Position numbers and translations under genes: made by a program. Below the pieces are notes generated by a model. It was not told the origin of the DNA. It saw only the letters and a list, made by a program, of their open reading frames with translations, and ran no database searches. From an uncultured Dehalococcoidales bacterium (GTDB lineage Bacteria; Chloroflexota; Dehalococcoidia; Lucifugimonadales; Lucifugimonadaceae), in the NCBI GenBank assembly GCA_964387235.1, contig CAYLWG010000005.1, positions 2,731-35,413 on the forward strand: DNA of 32,683 nucleotides, in the 5' to 3' direction. Numbering within the stretch: position 1 is the stretch's first letter; each line of letters opens with the position of its first letter. Shown here piece by piece: positions 8,945 to 18,523 of the stretch.

Positions 8945-9742
8945 CTACGATTCGGGCGGTACTCCACTGGCAATAAACCCGCCATCGACCGTAATCGTCT
9001 GGCCGTTTACGTAGCTCCCGAGGTCTGAGGCAAGGAACACGCAGGCACCAGCGATGTCACTTGGAACGCCGCCCCGGCGGCTGGGGACAAACGAAAGCGC
9101 GGAACCCAGACCACTCGCGGATCCACGATCTGGTTCTTCTTCTTCGGTCAGAACACGGCTGTCGATATAGCCAGGAGCCACGCAATTCGCCGTAATTCCG
9201 GTGCCCGCAAGGTCTTTTGCCATCGACATCACCATCCGGTTCAGCCCTGCTTTCACAATCCCGTAAACAACATCGTCGGACCATGCTCGAAAGCTGTGTA
9301 TGCTGCTGATATTAATGACGCTGCCACCATGACCATGCTCAATCATCCGGCTGACGGCCCCCTGAGCCAGGAACACGTAGCCCTTCAGGGCGTGACCCAC
9401 CAGCCTGTCCCAGAATTCTTCTGTGATTTTTGTGAAATGAACGTTGGCAGATGCCACTGCATTGTTGACCAGGATATCGATCCGGCCGTGCTCGGCTACG
9501 AACTCGTCGAGCATTCGGGCCCGGTCTTCAGTGTTTCCGATATCCGCCTGATGCCACGAAGCTTTCTGGCCCATAGATTCGATCGATGCGATCGTTTTAT
9601 CGGCTTCAGCGTCTCGCACAACGTCGTTTATCCCGACATCGGCACCGTGTTCAGCAAACATCAGCGCAATGCCAGCGCCGATTCCGCGGCGCGATCCGGT
9701 GATGAGCGCTTTTTTGCCTTCAAGGAGTTTTGTGGTTGTCAC
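8945..9742 (-). CDS. Short-chain dehydrogenase/reductase
   Basis: TGSRRGIG, NNA, SSIH, YGIVK, APG and VDGG motifs; GTG start. Confidence 0.9.
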   Translation of the reverse strand: MTTTKLLEGKKALITGSRRGIGAGIALMFAEHGADVGINDVVRDAEADKTIASIESMGQKASWHQADIGNTEDRARMLDEFVAEHGRIDILVNNAVASANVHFTKITEEFWDRLVGHALKGYVFLAQGAVSRMIEHGHGGSVINISSIHSFRAWSDDVVYGIVKAGLNRMVMSMAKDLAGTGITANCVAPGYIDSRVLTEEEEPDRGSASGLGSALSFVPSRRGGVPSDIAGACVFLASDLGSYVNGQTITVDGGFIASGVPPES

Positions 9743-9761
9743 GGGTTTGAGTTCCTGATTT

Positions 9762-10550
9762 TTAGTTGCCCATTTTTCTTGTGGCGATCATGCCACCGTC
9801 CACGAGAATTGTCTCGCCGTTAACATACTGGCCAAGATTGGACGCCAGGTAAATGACGGCATTGGCGATATCACTCGGCAGACCTCCTTTTGCGGCTGGA
9901 ACTCTGAGATTTATCCGTTCCATATCATGTGGCGCACCATCGATCACATCATCGTCGCCTTCGGGAAGCACATTAGAAATGGCTCCCGGTGCGATGCAGT
10001 TCGCCGTGATGTTGTGACCGGAAAGATCGACAGCCAGACCTTTGACCATGCGGCGCAATCCAGCTTTCGCCGTGCCGTAAGCAGTCCAATCTTTCATGGC
10101 GACATAGGCGTGGACGCTCGCAAGGCAAATGATCCGACCGCCAGTTCCCTGGGTGATCATCTCTTTCGCAGCGCGCTGGGAACCGAAGAAGTAGCCCTTC
10201 AGTGAAAGGTTCATCATCCGGTCCCAGTAGGCTTCGTCGGTATCGAAGAGAGGGCGGGATTGATCTGGGAATATGGCGTTGTTCACGAGAATATCGATAC
10301 GCCCGTGTTCTTCGAGAAAAGAATCGATAACCGCGTTGATACCGGCCACCGTACTCACATCGCCCGCGTGAAACGTGCCTTTCACACCTCGCTTCGAAAC
10401 GAGTTCGGCTGCCCGCTGGGACACCTCATCATCGACGATGTCGTTGACTCCGACATCCGCGCCTTCATTTGCGAGTGTCAGAGCGATCCCGCGACCAATG
10501 CCTTTGCGTGCGCCCGTAATAAGTGCTTTTTTGCCGTCGAGCAGTCCCAT
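9762..10550 (-). CDS. Short-chain dehydrogenase/reductase
   Basis: TGARKGIG, NNA, ASVH, YGTAK and VDGG motifs. The ATG at 10550 follows a GGAGG RBS. Confidence 0.9.
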   Translation of the reverse strand: MGLLDGKKALITGARKGIGRGIALTLANEGADVGVNDIVDDEVSQRAAELVSKRGVKGTFHAGDVSTVAGINAVIDSFLEEHGRIDILVNNAIFPDQSRPLFDTDEAYWDRMMNLSLKGYFFGSQRAAKEMITQGTGGRIICLASVHAYVAMKDWTAYGTAKAGLRRMVKGLAVDLSGHNITANCIAPGAISNVLPEGDDDVIDGAPHDMERINLRVPAAKGGLPSDIANAVIYLASNLGQYVNGETILVDGGMIATRKMGN

Positions 10551-10698
10551 CAATTGCCTCCAGAATGGCGAACATGAAATGTACAAACGCCGATGCTAAC
10601 GCCGGACGGCTGGGTTCGGTGCGCTTGGCAACACTGTCATCTCTTTTATTCTGGCTGGCGGAGCTGGTTACCGACTGGTTGGCTGGCGAACAGTGCTG

Positions 10699-13600
10699 CT
10701 AGCTGATCGTGTTGCTGATCTTTTTCATGGCTGCGGCCTTTGCTGCTTCCAGGTTAGCTATCGCGTACTCGTAGGCTTTGCCGTCTGGCCCACCGTCGGC
10801 AAACACCAGCACGGCGTCCCGCACTGTCATTTTTTTCATGCCTGGCATACCGGACCGACCGAGTTTTTCAATAACGAGGGCGTAGCCGGCCAGTTGAGCC
10901 TCGTAGCCTTTCGCACGCTCGAGTAATTTTTCGCCAACGACCTGGTCGGTCTTGTAGTCGATGATGGTGACAGTTCCATCGTCATTTCTGACGATCAGGT
11001 CTATCGACCCCTCGACCTCTATTCCATCAGAAATTTCAGCTGCAACCCACGCCTCTCTCCAGCTGTTATCGCTTGTCGCACCGGCAACGACCGGACTTTC
11101 CAGTACGTTGCGGACAAGTCGCTTTATATTGTCGTGCTGATCGGGGATGGAATATGCGTCGACAGAAAGGTGTACAAGGTCGTCGAGCGTGGACAGGTCG
11201 TCGAAATCCACATCCTGCAACACAGCATGTACCGCCGACCCCACATCCGTTCCGCCACGGCCACGACGGGCGGTGTTCCACTCGGTGGATTCGGTGTTGT
11301 CCTCGGGTTTTCGAGTAACGAACATGTTGTGGTCGGCGAGTTCCGAGGGGGTCAGGTATCCGCGTCCAGACGCAGCCGATACCGCTTCGTCCGTCTCGCG
11401 AATCCACGTTTCACGTTCATCAAGCGAAAAGCGGTTTACCGCGGGTTCTGTTGTGTCTTCATTGCTTCGTTCAGCATCGTTATCCCCTGAAGTGATGCTG
11501 AACGGCTCCCACAGGTCTTCAACCAGATCGGCGAATCCACTGATCTTTCCGGCAAGAGTCTTTTTCTGTCGCCCGGTGCGGTGAACACTGACGATCAGAT
11601 GCTCGCGTGCGCGGGTCGCCCCGACGTAAGCCAGTCTGACGAGTTCAGCTTCGTCGGCGTCTTTGTCTGCTTCGGCCATCGCCGTGTAATTGGACGTCCT
11701 GAGATTTAGTTTCTTTGTACCGATTTTCACCGCCAGCTGCGGTCTGCTTTGCTCCTCTTTGATTATCGAACTGTCCTTCGGTGCAGATGCTGTCACCTGC
11801 AACCCGGCCAGTGCCACTATCGGGAATTCCAGACCCTTCGCAGCATGAATGGTCATTACCCGCACAGCGTTGAGTTCGTTACTTGAGAGCGCGCCTTCCG
11901 CCACCCGCACTTTCGCTTCGGCCTGGCGGGACAGCCAGCGGACGAATTCTCGGAGCGACCCAGTGCCCGAACGCTGCAAAGAGCGCGACATTTCGATGAA
12001 CAGGTCGAGCAGCCGTTCACGCTCGCCGCTCGGGTCCATCAACGCCGCCACTACCCGCAGTCGGCGGGCGCGCACGAACCGTTCGACGAGGTACGGAGTT
12101 GATTGTTCCTGCCGTTGGTCGTGGAATTTGGCGATGCCCGCGAGAGCGTCGGCGACTTTACTCAGGCTTTTGCTTACATCCGGGTCGACTCCGGTCCTCT
12201 CTGCACTCGGTGCATCCAGTTGGCCCAATATGGGCCGGGCCAGGGACCGCGCATACTCGAATTTGTGCCCTGCCCTTGCCCATTCGAAGAGGTCCTGATC
12301 GGAGCATCCCCAGGCGCTGGACTTCAGTGCGGCAACTACGGCGACCTGATCTGTTGGGTCGTCGATGGCGGCGAGGTTATTGCTCAGTTCATGGAACGTT
12401 TGAGATTCGAACACAGGTGCCTGTCCTTCAAGCACGTAAGGAATTTTGTGCCTGATGAAAGCGGCCTCAAGACTGGGCAGGGCAGTTCGGCGCGGCATGA
12501 GTACACACAGGTCGCGGAAGTCTGATTGGTAAGCATCGTCATCACGATCGACGAGCCTCCATCGACCTGCGCCCACATCAAGGGCGAGTTGAGCGATGTC
12601 TTCCGATTCCGCTTCTCGTACTACATCGACGTTGCCATCTGCCACGCCGCCCATGAGCATCACTCGGGGTATTTCGGTCTGGCCGTCGTCGGGCCGCGCA
12701 GGTTCAAGCCGCACATACTCGGCCTGGTAGAGGATTCTTCCCGTTGGATCAGAACTGTCCGGGCCGTTCATCCAGGGTTCAAATACTGCGTTGACCCATT
12801 CCAGGATTCCCGGTGTGGAGCGATAGTTGGAGGAGAGGGAAAGCCGGGTTGCGCCAAGCGAGTCGACAAGGCCCTGTAGCTGGGAGAGATCGGCCCTGCG
12901 GAACCTGTAAATCGACTGCTTGCCATCGCCGACAACGAACAATGCGCCGGGTGTCGGAACTCCGGTTTTTCTCTCGGTCACGTTTCGGTCTGACCGGTCT
13001 GCCAGCAGCATCGCCAGCTTCAGTTGAAGTGGGTCGGTGTCCTGAAACTCGTCGATCAGGATGCGGGTGTACCGGGACTGGAAATACTCTCTGGCGTCCT
13101 GACTTTCGGTGAGCAATCGGCACGATAGCACCAGTAAATCCTGGAATTCGAGTAGTCCCTCTTCACGGCGTTTATCGGCGTATTTGAGAACCATGCCTGC
13201 CACGGCGTTCACCAGTGGGATAACCGTCGCTTCGCCAAGTGCCTGGCGTCCTGCATCGAGCCTTTGCTGCGCCGCTTTCAGGAGCGCCCTGACTTCCTCC
13301 AGACTGCTGTCACCATCGAGTAACGGGTTCCAATCGCCTTTCCTGCCACCACCGACACTGATTTTTTCCAGCCGGGTAACGGCAAGAACACAATCTTCCT
13401 CGTCTTCAGATTCAACTGCCTCGTCTATCCACGATATTGCCATAACGATGTGAGTTTGAAGGTGGTTCAGGATTTTGTCATCCGGATTTGTGCAGTGATC
13501 CTTCAGGTGGATGGCCGACGCTAAATCTGACCGTGTTGATGAGAGAATTACACGGGGGTCGATAGAGTTTTTCGGCTGCGATAGCGTTCCGATTTGCTCG

Positions 13601-14190
13601 ACGAGATCGTAGTTTGCGTGAAATTCACGAGCAAGCTCGCGCAGGGCGTCGAGAGGTGATCTTAGGCCCAGTTGCTGCGCGCTAATTACGGCATCCGAAA
13701 ACTCTTGCTGCGTCAGCGCGGTATCCAGCCATTCATTCCATTCGTCGTCGAATCGTGTCTCGCCCTGCACGCTATCGACAAGTTCGAAAACGGGCGGGAG
13801 CCCAACGTCGAGGGGGCGTTCTCGCAGAAGACTATGGGCGAAGCTGTGGATCGTTCCGATGTATGCAGAATCGAGTAATTCAAGGGCCGCTGACAGGGCA
13901 GATTTTTCATTTTCATCGCCTGAAGTGAGGCCGGTCTGTTTGCGGCGCACTTGCTCAAGGCGATTTTCAAGTTCCTCGCGCACACGCTGACGAAGTTCGG
14001 AAGCTGCGGCAACCGTAAACGTAATGGCTACGATATTTTCGGGTTTCACACCGCCCAGTATCAACAGGTTGGCAATTCGCTCGACCAGAGCCTTTGTCTT
14101 GCCAGTTCCAGCCCCGGCCCCTGCATAGATTGTTTGTGATAGCGAACCAGGTGCGAGCCCGACAATCTGATCCCGTGTTGAATCGCTCAT
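10699..14190 (-). CDS. addA: AddA-like UvrD-family helicase with C-terminal RecB-type nuclease
   Basis: Walker A AGAGTGKT, ITFT..AA.EL, TIHSF, IDEFQDTD, VGDGKQSIYRFRRAD, NYRS, MTIHAAKGLEF, YVGATRAR; nuclease GSIDL..IIDYKT..QLAGY. Confidence 0.85.
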   Translation of the reverse strand: MSDSTRDQIVGLAPGSLSQTIYAGAGAGTGKTKALVERIANLLILGGVKPENIVAITFTVAAASELRQRVREELENRLEQVRRKQTGLTSGDENEKSALSAALELLDSAYIGTIHSFAHSLLRERPLDVGLPPVFELVDSVQGETRFDDEWNEWLDTALTQQEFSDAVISAQQLGLRSPLDALRELAREFHANYDLVEQIGTLSQPKNSIDPRVILSSTRSDLASAIHLKDHCTNPDDKILNHLQTHIVMAISWIDEAVESEDEEDCVLAVTRLEKISVGGGRKGDWNPLLDGDSSLEEVRALLKAAQQRLDAGRQALGEATVIPLVNAVAGMVLKYADKRREEGLLEFQDLLVLSCRLLTESQDAREYFQSRYTRILIDEFQDTDPLQLKLAMLLADRSDRNVTERKTGVPTPGALFVVGDGKQSIYRFRRADLSQLQGLVDSLGATRLSLSSNYRSTPGILEWVNAVFEPWMNGPDSSDPTGRILYQAEYVRLEPARPDDGQTEIPRVMLMGGVADGNVDVVREAESEDIAQLALDVGAGRWRLVDRDDDAYQSDFRDLCVLMPRRTALPSLEAAFIRHKIPYVLEGQAPVFESQTFHELSNNLAAIDDPTDQVAVVAALKSSAWGCSDQDLFEWARAGHKFEYARSLARPILGQLDAPSAERTGVDPDVSKSLSKVADALAGIAKFHDQRQEQSTPYLVERFVRARRLRVVAALMDPSGERERLLDLFIEMSRSLQRSGTGSLREFVRWLSRQAEAKVRVAEGALSSNELNAVRVMTIHAAKGLEFPIVALAGLQVTASAPKDSSIIKEEQSRPQLAVKIGTKKLNLRTSNYTAMAEADKDADEAELVRLAYVGATRAREHLIVSVHRTGRQKKTLAGKISGFADLVEDLWEPFSITSGDNDAERSNEDTTEPAVNRFSLDERETWIRETDEAVSAASGRGYLTPSELADHNMFVTRKPEDNTESTEWNTARRGRGGTDVGSAVHAVLQDVDFDDLSTLDDLVHLSVDAYSIPDQHDNIKRLVRNVLESPVVAGATSDNSWREAWVAAEISDGIEVEGSIDLIVRNDDGTVTIIDYKTDQVVGEKLLERAKGYEAQLAGYALVIEKLGRSGMPGMKKMTVRDAVLVFADGGPDGKAYEYAIANLEAAKAAAMKKISNTIS

Positions 14191-17100
14191 TCGTCGCCCT
14201 CCGCAAGGAACACATAGTTCTCAAGAGCGGGGTCGGACTGTTTTTTCGAATCCCACAGCCTCGCCTTGCTTTTTGGGCAGATTCGCTGGTATTCGCAAAA
14301 CGCGCAGTTTTCAAACGAGGCTCCATCACCGTAATTTGTGTGATCCCCCGGACGCGCTGGGAACACACCGTTGTCGATGCCCTCGGCTATCGTCTCGACC
14401 GCTGCCGCCAGCGCGGTCTCGGCACGGCGGCTGTCGTAGCGGGCTGGGCCTGGTTTCAGTTCGTCGCTGCCAGATTCGCGCACGAACCAGTATGAAGCTG
14501 ATATTTCGGCTTCCGGATATTTGCCCGCCACGGCCATCGAATAGAGAGGCAACTGTAATTTTGTGCCCCGTTTTATCGGGTCGTCTTTTAGCTTCGAGTA
14601 GCTGCCATGACCACCGGATTTATAGTCGTAAATAATTACCCGGCGACCATCGTCCGATATGTCGATTCGGTCGATCTGCCCCCTGAACCTGACCGATTTT
14701 CCGGAGAGAGTCCGCACCTCGACGGCAGGGCCGCCCTGTTCACTGCCAACCTTTCTGCCGAACGAATATTCCGCTTCCACCTGGTGCATTTCGTGTTGCG
14801 CTGCAACGGTCGGTTCACGGCGCAACCACTGGCGCAGTATCAGCCAGGCACGGTTACGTTCGATTCGCCAGATTCCTTCTGAGCGACCCGGTGTTTCCTC
14901 CCTAAGTAAGTCGATGTGTCTGCCAACAGCGTCACGGAGCCAGTCTTCCTGACTCTGGTTTTGGTGCGTGTCTTGTTCTTGCGAGATATCGACAGGTGGG
15001 TCTTCACTCTTACTCATTCGCCATTTTGAGAATTTTTCGAGTACATCGTGGATTAGCGTCCCGAACGAAAGGGCATCTAACGCCATTTCGAGTTCAGGCG
15101 ATTCGGTTGGCTCGATGTCAAGGCGGCGTGAAAGGAAGTAGCGATACGGACAGGCGGCGTACGTTTCAAACGCCGTGGCCGACCCGGTGCGAATCGATTG
15201 AGCGACTCCATCTCGACTCACTTCGCCCATTTTTTTGCGTAGATCGATTTTGCCATCGTAAACCGACCAGTTCTCGCCGTTTTGCTGGATTTCAAATTTC
15301 ACCGAATCCGCTATCGACGGAATCGACTGCAACAGTGGGAATGCCTCCGGGGAGTATTCGTCGAGGTTGCCATTTTGTAATTCCCAACTCCGCGCAGCAA
15401 GTACGTCGTACTCGGACATGTCGCCTGCATCTGAAGCCGGAAGCGCGAGCGAATCCGAACGTCGGTGAATCTTCAGGCCTTTGATTCCGTCCGCCGTGTT
15501 TCCCCGCGCCGACACGCCACGGTCAATCAACTGACCGGCCTGTAGCAGCGGTTCGCCAGAGACCAGCCTCACTGCATCGAGGAACCATCTTGCGGGGCCA
15601 AACTTTCTTGACTCCCCCGGCACACCGCCAGGCCAGTACAGGAATACCTGCCCTGCGCCCGACAGAACTGAGGTGTACGACTTCAGGCTCTCCTCGATCG
15701 ACCGCTCGATTGTCTTGAGGTACCTGCCTTCGGCGTCTAGTTCCCGTTTCAGCGGGTCCGGTAATAGAGGATCGGATGTTCCAGCGGTCGGATACCTGCC
15801 TTCCGTCATTCCAAGCACAAAAACAGTGTCGAACGGACAGCCTGCTGCGGTCCAGACCGGCCCCACGTACACGCCGGAACCCAACGACCGGAGACCTGCG
15901 GAACGTCGCCCTAGCTGCTCTCTCAGCACTCCCGCACAGTGTTTGTAACCGGGATTTTTGCCGGGGGTTTCCAGCGATTTTAGCCTGTCGATCAGGGTAA
16001 GTAACCGGGTTTTACGGGTTTCTGCGCCTGTAGGGCCAGAGCCAGAGTCGGAGCCAGAGCCAGTTGCCGGGTTTGTGCCAACTGCCAGCAGGTAATCGTC
16101 GGTCATCGAACGCAGCCATCTGTCGAACCCCGACCAGCTTTCGTGTTCAGCAGTCGGTTTGCGTTTGAAAAGTGTCGCCACGAAGTCCCGCAAGGTCAAC
16201 GCATACTCTGCATCCGATCGCGCAGCCTGAACAGCGTTCGCTCTGCCCTCGCCCAGTCGCTCCGAACGTTCGGCCCTGGCGACACTGTGGGCGGCATACT
16301 GTTCGAGTCGTGGATTCCAACTGTCGTTTACCGACGAAGTGACTCCGGCAGTCCGCGAAATTGCATCCCATCTTGCTGCTGGCACAGGCAGACCCGACTT
16401 CGGGTTTTTAACGGGCGCAGTAGAAAGCCAGGTAGTCAGGTCGAGGCGGGTGAAATCGTTTTCGAATATGTCGAGTAAGCCCGATACGAACTGCCCCTCA
16501 GGTGTGTCCAACAGAGCGGCGCGGTCCGGGCCCGATACGGGTATGCCAGCCAGATCGAGTGCTTCGCCAATGCGGGCGGCATAGACATCATCCTCGAACA
16601 CGACAGCCATCCGGGCGAACTTCCCGGCCCTGGATCCGGTCTTGGTCCCGACTTCTGGGCGTACGAGACTGATGATTTTTCTAACGACGCTGCGAACTTC
16701 TTCGGCAACATCGGGAACTCCAACCGGGTTCAGGTGCGGCAGTAGTTGTGGAGCAGAGATTTTTTGCCCGATGCCAAACAACCCGCTGGAAGCAGGCGCG
16801 CCGGGAGCGGTTGTGTCGAAGTTTGCCTCGCTGCCAGATGTTTCATCGGGGGCTTCGACTATCACCGAGTCGGGCAGGTCGGCAAGCGCATCGAATAACG
16901 GACGTTGCACCGAGGCTACGGGTGCAGCGCTGACGAGCAGCACGACTCCCAGCGCGCCAACACCTGTGGCAGATGCTTCGGATTTTCGCCCACTTTTAAC
17001 GATTTTCGCCGCCCGTTCGGCAACTTTCGAGCCACGCCGATACCCGCTGGCGTACCGCATGTAAGAGTCGAACCTATCGACCAATTCCCGGTATAAACCA

Positions 17101-17480
17101 CCCTTTGCCCTGAGTTTTTTGATCTGGCTCCCTGGCAACAGTTCCAGTTCTCGGAAGGTGGAGTGCAGCGCGGTCTGTAGCTGCGGCGATACGTCTGCGC
17201 TGCCGAGCCTTGTTCCCGGCTTCAGGTCGCGGGCTGCCCCGTACACAAACTCTGACGCTTGCAGGTCGTGAAGCAGTGGTTCCTTGAAGTCCCGGCCTGC
17301 CAGTTGTTCAGCGATGTCTTCAAGCCGCTTGAAATCGACGTTGAACAGACCTTTTTTAGCCAGACCTCGGCGAAGGTAAAACGACGCCTGATTGGTGGGT
17401 GTGATAACGGTGATGCGGTCGAGTCCACGGGCATTTCGCACGCCGTCGATTAATCGCCGTAGTTCCCGAACAATGGTCAT
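14187..17480 (-). CDS. addB: AddB-like inactive helicase with PD-(D/E)XK nuclease and Fe-S staple
   Basis: C-terminal SATAFETYAACPYRYF, GTLIHDVLE, RGQIDRID..IYDYKS, QLPLY and CAFCEYQRIC. No Walker A was seen. ATGA overlap with addA. Confidence 0.8.
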   Translation of the reverse strand: MTIVRELRRLIDGVRNARGLDRITVITPTNQASFYLRRGLAKKGLFNVDFKRLEDIAEQLAGRDFKEPLLHDLQASEFVYGAARDLKPGTRLGSADVSPQLQTALHSTFRELELLPGSQIKKLRAKGGLYRELVDRFDSYMRYASGYRRGSKVAERAAKIVKSGRKSEASATGVGALGVVLLVSAAPVASVQRPLFDALADLPDSVIVEAPDETSGSEANFDTTAPGAPASSGLFGIGQKISAPQLLPHLNPVGVPDVAEEVRSVVRKIISLVRPEVGTKTGSRAGKFARMAVVFEDDVYAARIGEALDLAGIPVSGPDRAALLDTPEGQFVSGLLDIFENDFTRLDLTTWLSTAPVKNPKSGLPVPAARWDAISRTAGVTSSVNDSWNPRLEQYAAHSVARAERSERLGEGRANAVQAARSDAEYALTLRDFVATLFKRKPTAEHESWSGFDRWLRSMTDDYLLAVGTNPATGSGSDSGSGPTGAETRKTRLLTLIDRLKSLETPGKNPGYKHCAGVLREQLGRRSAGLRSLGSGVYVGPVWTAAGCPFDTVFVLGMTEGRYPTAGTSDPLLPDPLKRELDAEGRYLKTIERSIEESLKSYTSVLSGAGQVFLYWPGGVPGESRKFGPARWFLDAVRLVSGEPLLQAGQLIDRGVSARGNTADGIKGLKIHRRSDSLALPASDAGDMSEYDVLAARSWELQNGNLDEYSPEAFPLLQSIPSIADSVKFEIQQNGENWSVYDGKIDLRKKMGEVSRDGVAQSIRTGSATAFETYAACPYRYFLSRRLDIEPTESPELEMALDALSFGTLIHDVLEKFSKWRMSKSEDPPVDISQEQDTHQNQSQEDWLRDAVGRHIDLLREETPGRSEGIWRIERNRAWLILRQWLRREPTVAAQHEMHQVEAEYSFGRKVGSEQGGPAVEVRTLSGKSVRFRGQIDRIDISDDGRRVIIYDYKSGGHGSYSKLKDDPIKRGTKLQLPLYSMAVAGKYPEAEISASYWFVRESGSDELKPGPARYDSRRAETALAAAVETIAEGIDNGVFPARPGDHTNYGDGASFENCAFCEYQRICPKSKARLWDSKKQSDPALENYVFLAEGDE

Positions 17481-17704
17481 CTAAAACGCCGCCCTACAGA
17501 ACCAGGACCATCGGGGTCAGAACGTTCCAGTATTGCCACCCTGAACTCGGTTGGCCCTGAACGTCGCGCTCGTTTTTTCGCGGGCAATGCCGGTGAGTGC
17601 AGTGCATCGGAATCGACGCGAAAGTAAACCGGATAACGGGACTGGTCGTTGTCTGGGCTGAGGCCGAGGCCGAAGTCGAGGCCGTGGTCGAAAATAGTGT
17701 TCAT
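17477..17704 (-). CDS. Possible small hypothetical protein (75 aa) coupled to addB
   Basis: The stop overlaps the addB start as ATGA. There is no recognisable domain or clear RBS. Confidence 0.25.
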   Translation of the reverse strand: MNTIFDHGLDFGLGLSPDNDQSRYPVYFRVDSDALHSPALPAKKRARRSGPTEFRVAILERSDPDGPGSVGRRFR

Positions 17705-17777
17705 AGTGTCTGCGGAGGTACGTCGGGTGTGCGCACGTGCAGGGTAACGGGAACACCGGTTGAATGACCAGTGAAAA

Positions 17778-17853
17778 TGGCGCCCTCGGTGAGACTCGAA
17801 CTCACGCACCCGGCTTCGGAGGCCGGTACTCTATCCAACTGAGCTACGAGGGC
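17778..17853 (-). tRNA. tRNA-Arg (CCG)
   Basis: The reverse complement reads GCCCTCGTAGCTCAGTTGGATAGAGTA-CCGGC-CT-CCG-AA-GCCGG-GTGCGTGAGTTCGAGTCTCACCGAGGGCGCCA. It forms a cloverleaf with an encoded CCA. Confidence 0.96.
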
Positions 17854-18058
17854 TTGGGAACAATTATTGTATTCGTCAACCGTGTGGCGCTGAAGGCTTA
17901 CATGGGGGAACGGAGCCGACTTATGTGTCGGCGAGCGTTACAACAGCCCCGGATCGTTCAGACCCCCGTTGGCAGCTATCAAAAAACGCCCGCGAGGCCG
18001 AAAATCCCCGGCGAGGTCGAAACACCACTAGAATGCAGGCAGTTAAATTGGAGTTCTG

Positions 18059-18523
18059 ATGCCGACTTTTACGCCTGCACACCTTGGAAAATGGGAGACG
18101 CTATTCACCGATCTGGTGAGTGGCGAGAGTTCGGCGCTGACCGAAGAAGGTATATGGATGCTCGGCGATAAACCGGGGTTGGTGTGCGTGTTCGAGGATT
18201 CAGAGGCGTTGTATGTCGAGGCATCGACGAACATAGCGAAAACGCTCCAGTGCTACATCAATGGCGGGGCCGAATGTGATTTCCGCACGATGGTGGGTGT
18301 TATCGAGATGGGCGCATCTATGAAAAATGCCGCCCAGCGGGCAAAATCCGGCCCTCTGGCACAACGAATATCAAAACGGGTCGAAAAGTTTCGATACCGC
18401 GTTGTACCCGCCCCGGCCAGGTCGTTATCTCAGCTTGCTGATGCTTTCAATGTTGTGGCCGATTCCCGATACTCAGGGCCAAGCGCGGCAGCCAATCGAG
18501 CACTGGACGCACTGCCTCAGTAG
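18059..18523 (+). CDS. Hypothetical protein, possibly a degenerate GIY-YIG fold
   Basis: 154-aa ORF after a GGAG RBS. The segment PGLVCVFEDSEALYVEASTNIAKTL has GIY-YIG-like spacing. Confidence 0.6.
   Translation: MPTFTPAHLGKWETLFTDLVSGESSALTEEGIWMLGDKPGLVCVFEDSEALYVEASTNIAKTLQCYINGGAECDFRTMVGVIEMGASMKNAAQRAKSGPLAQRISKRVEKFRYRVVPAPARSLSQLADAFNVVADSRYSGPSAAANRALDALPQ

Noticed and set aside
10699-17480. Helicase-nuclease pair as a novel defence system or Cas4/CRISPR module
   Set aside because: The order, size, motifs and Fe-S staple all fit housekeeping AddAB, and no CRISPR array, cas gene or integrase was seen.
17751-17762. GAAC-ACCG-GTTG as a LexA box upstream of addB (similar site at 22946-22957 near ftsZ)
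   Set aside because: It has one mismatch in an 8-bp consensus, which is expected by chance every few kb, and there is no supporting promoter.
17764-18171. 135-aa ORF, and the 5' part of ORF 17477..17809
   Set aside because: Both run through tRNA-Arg and are spurious.
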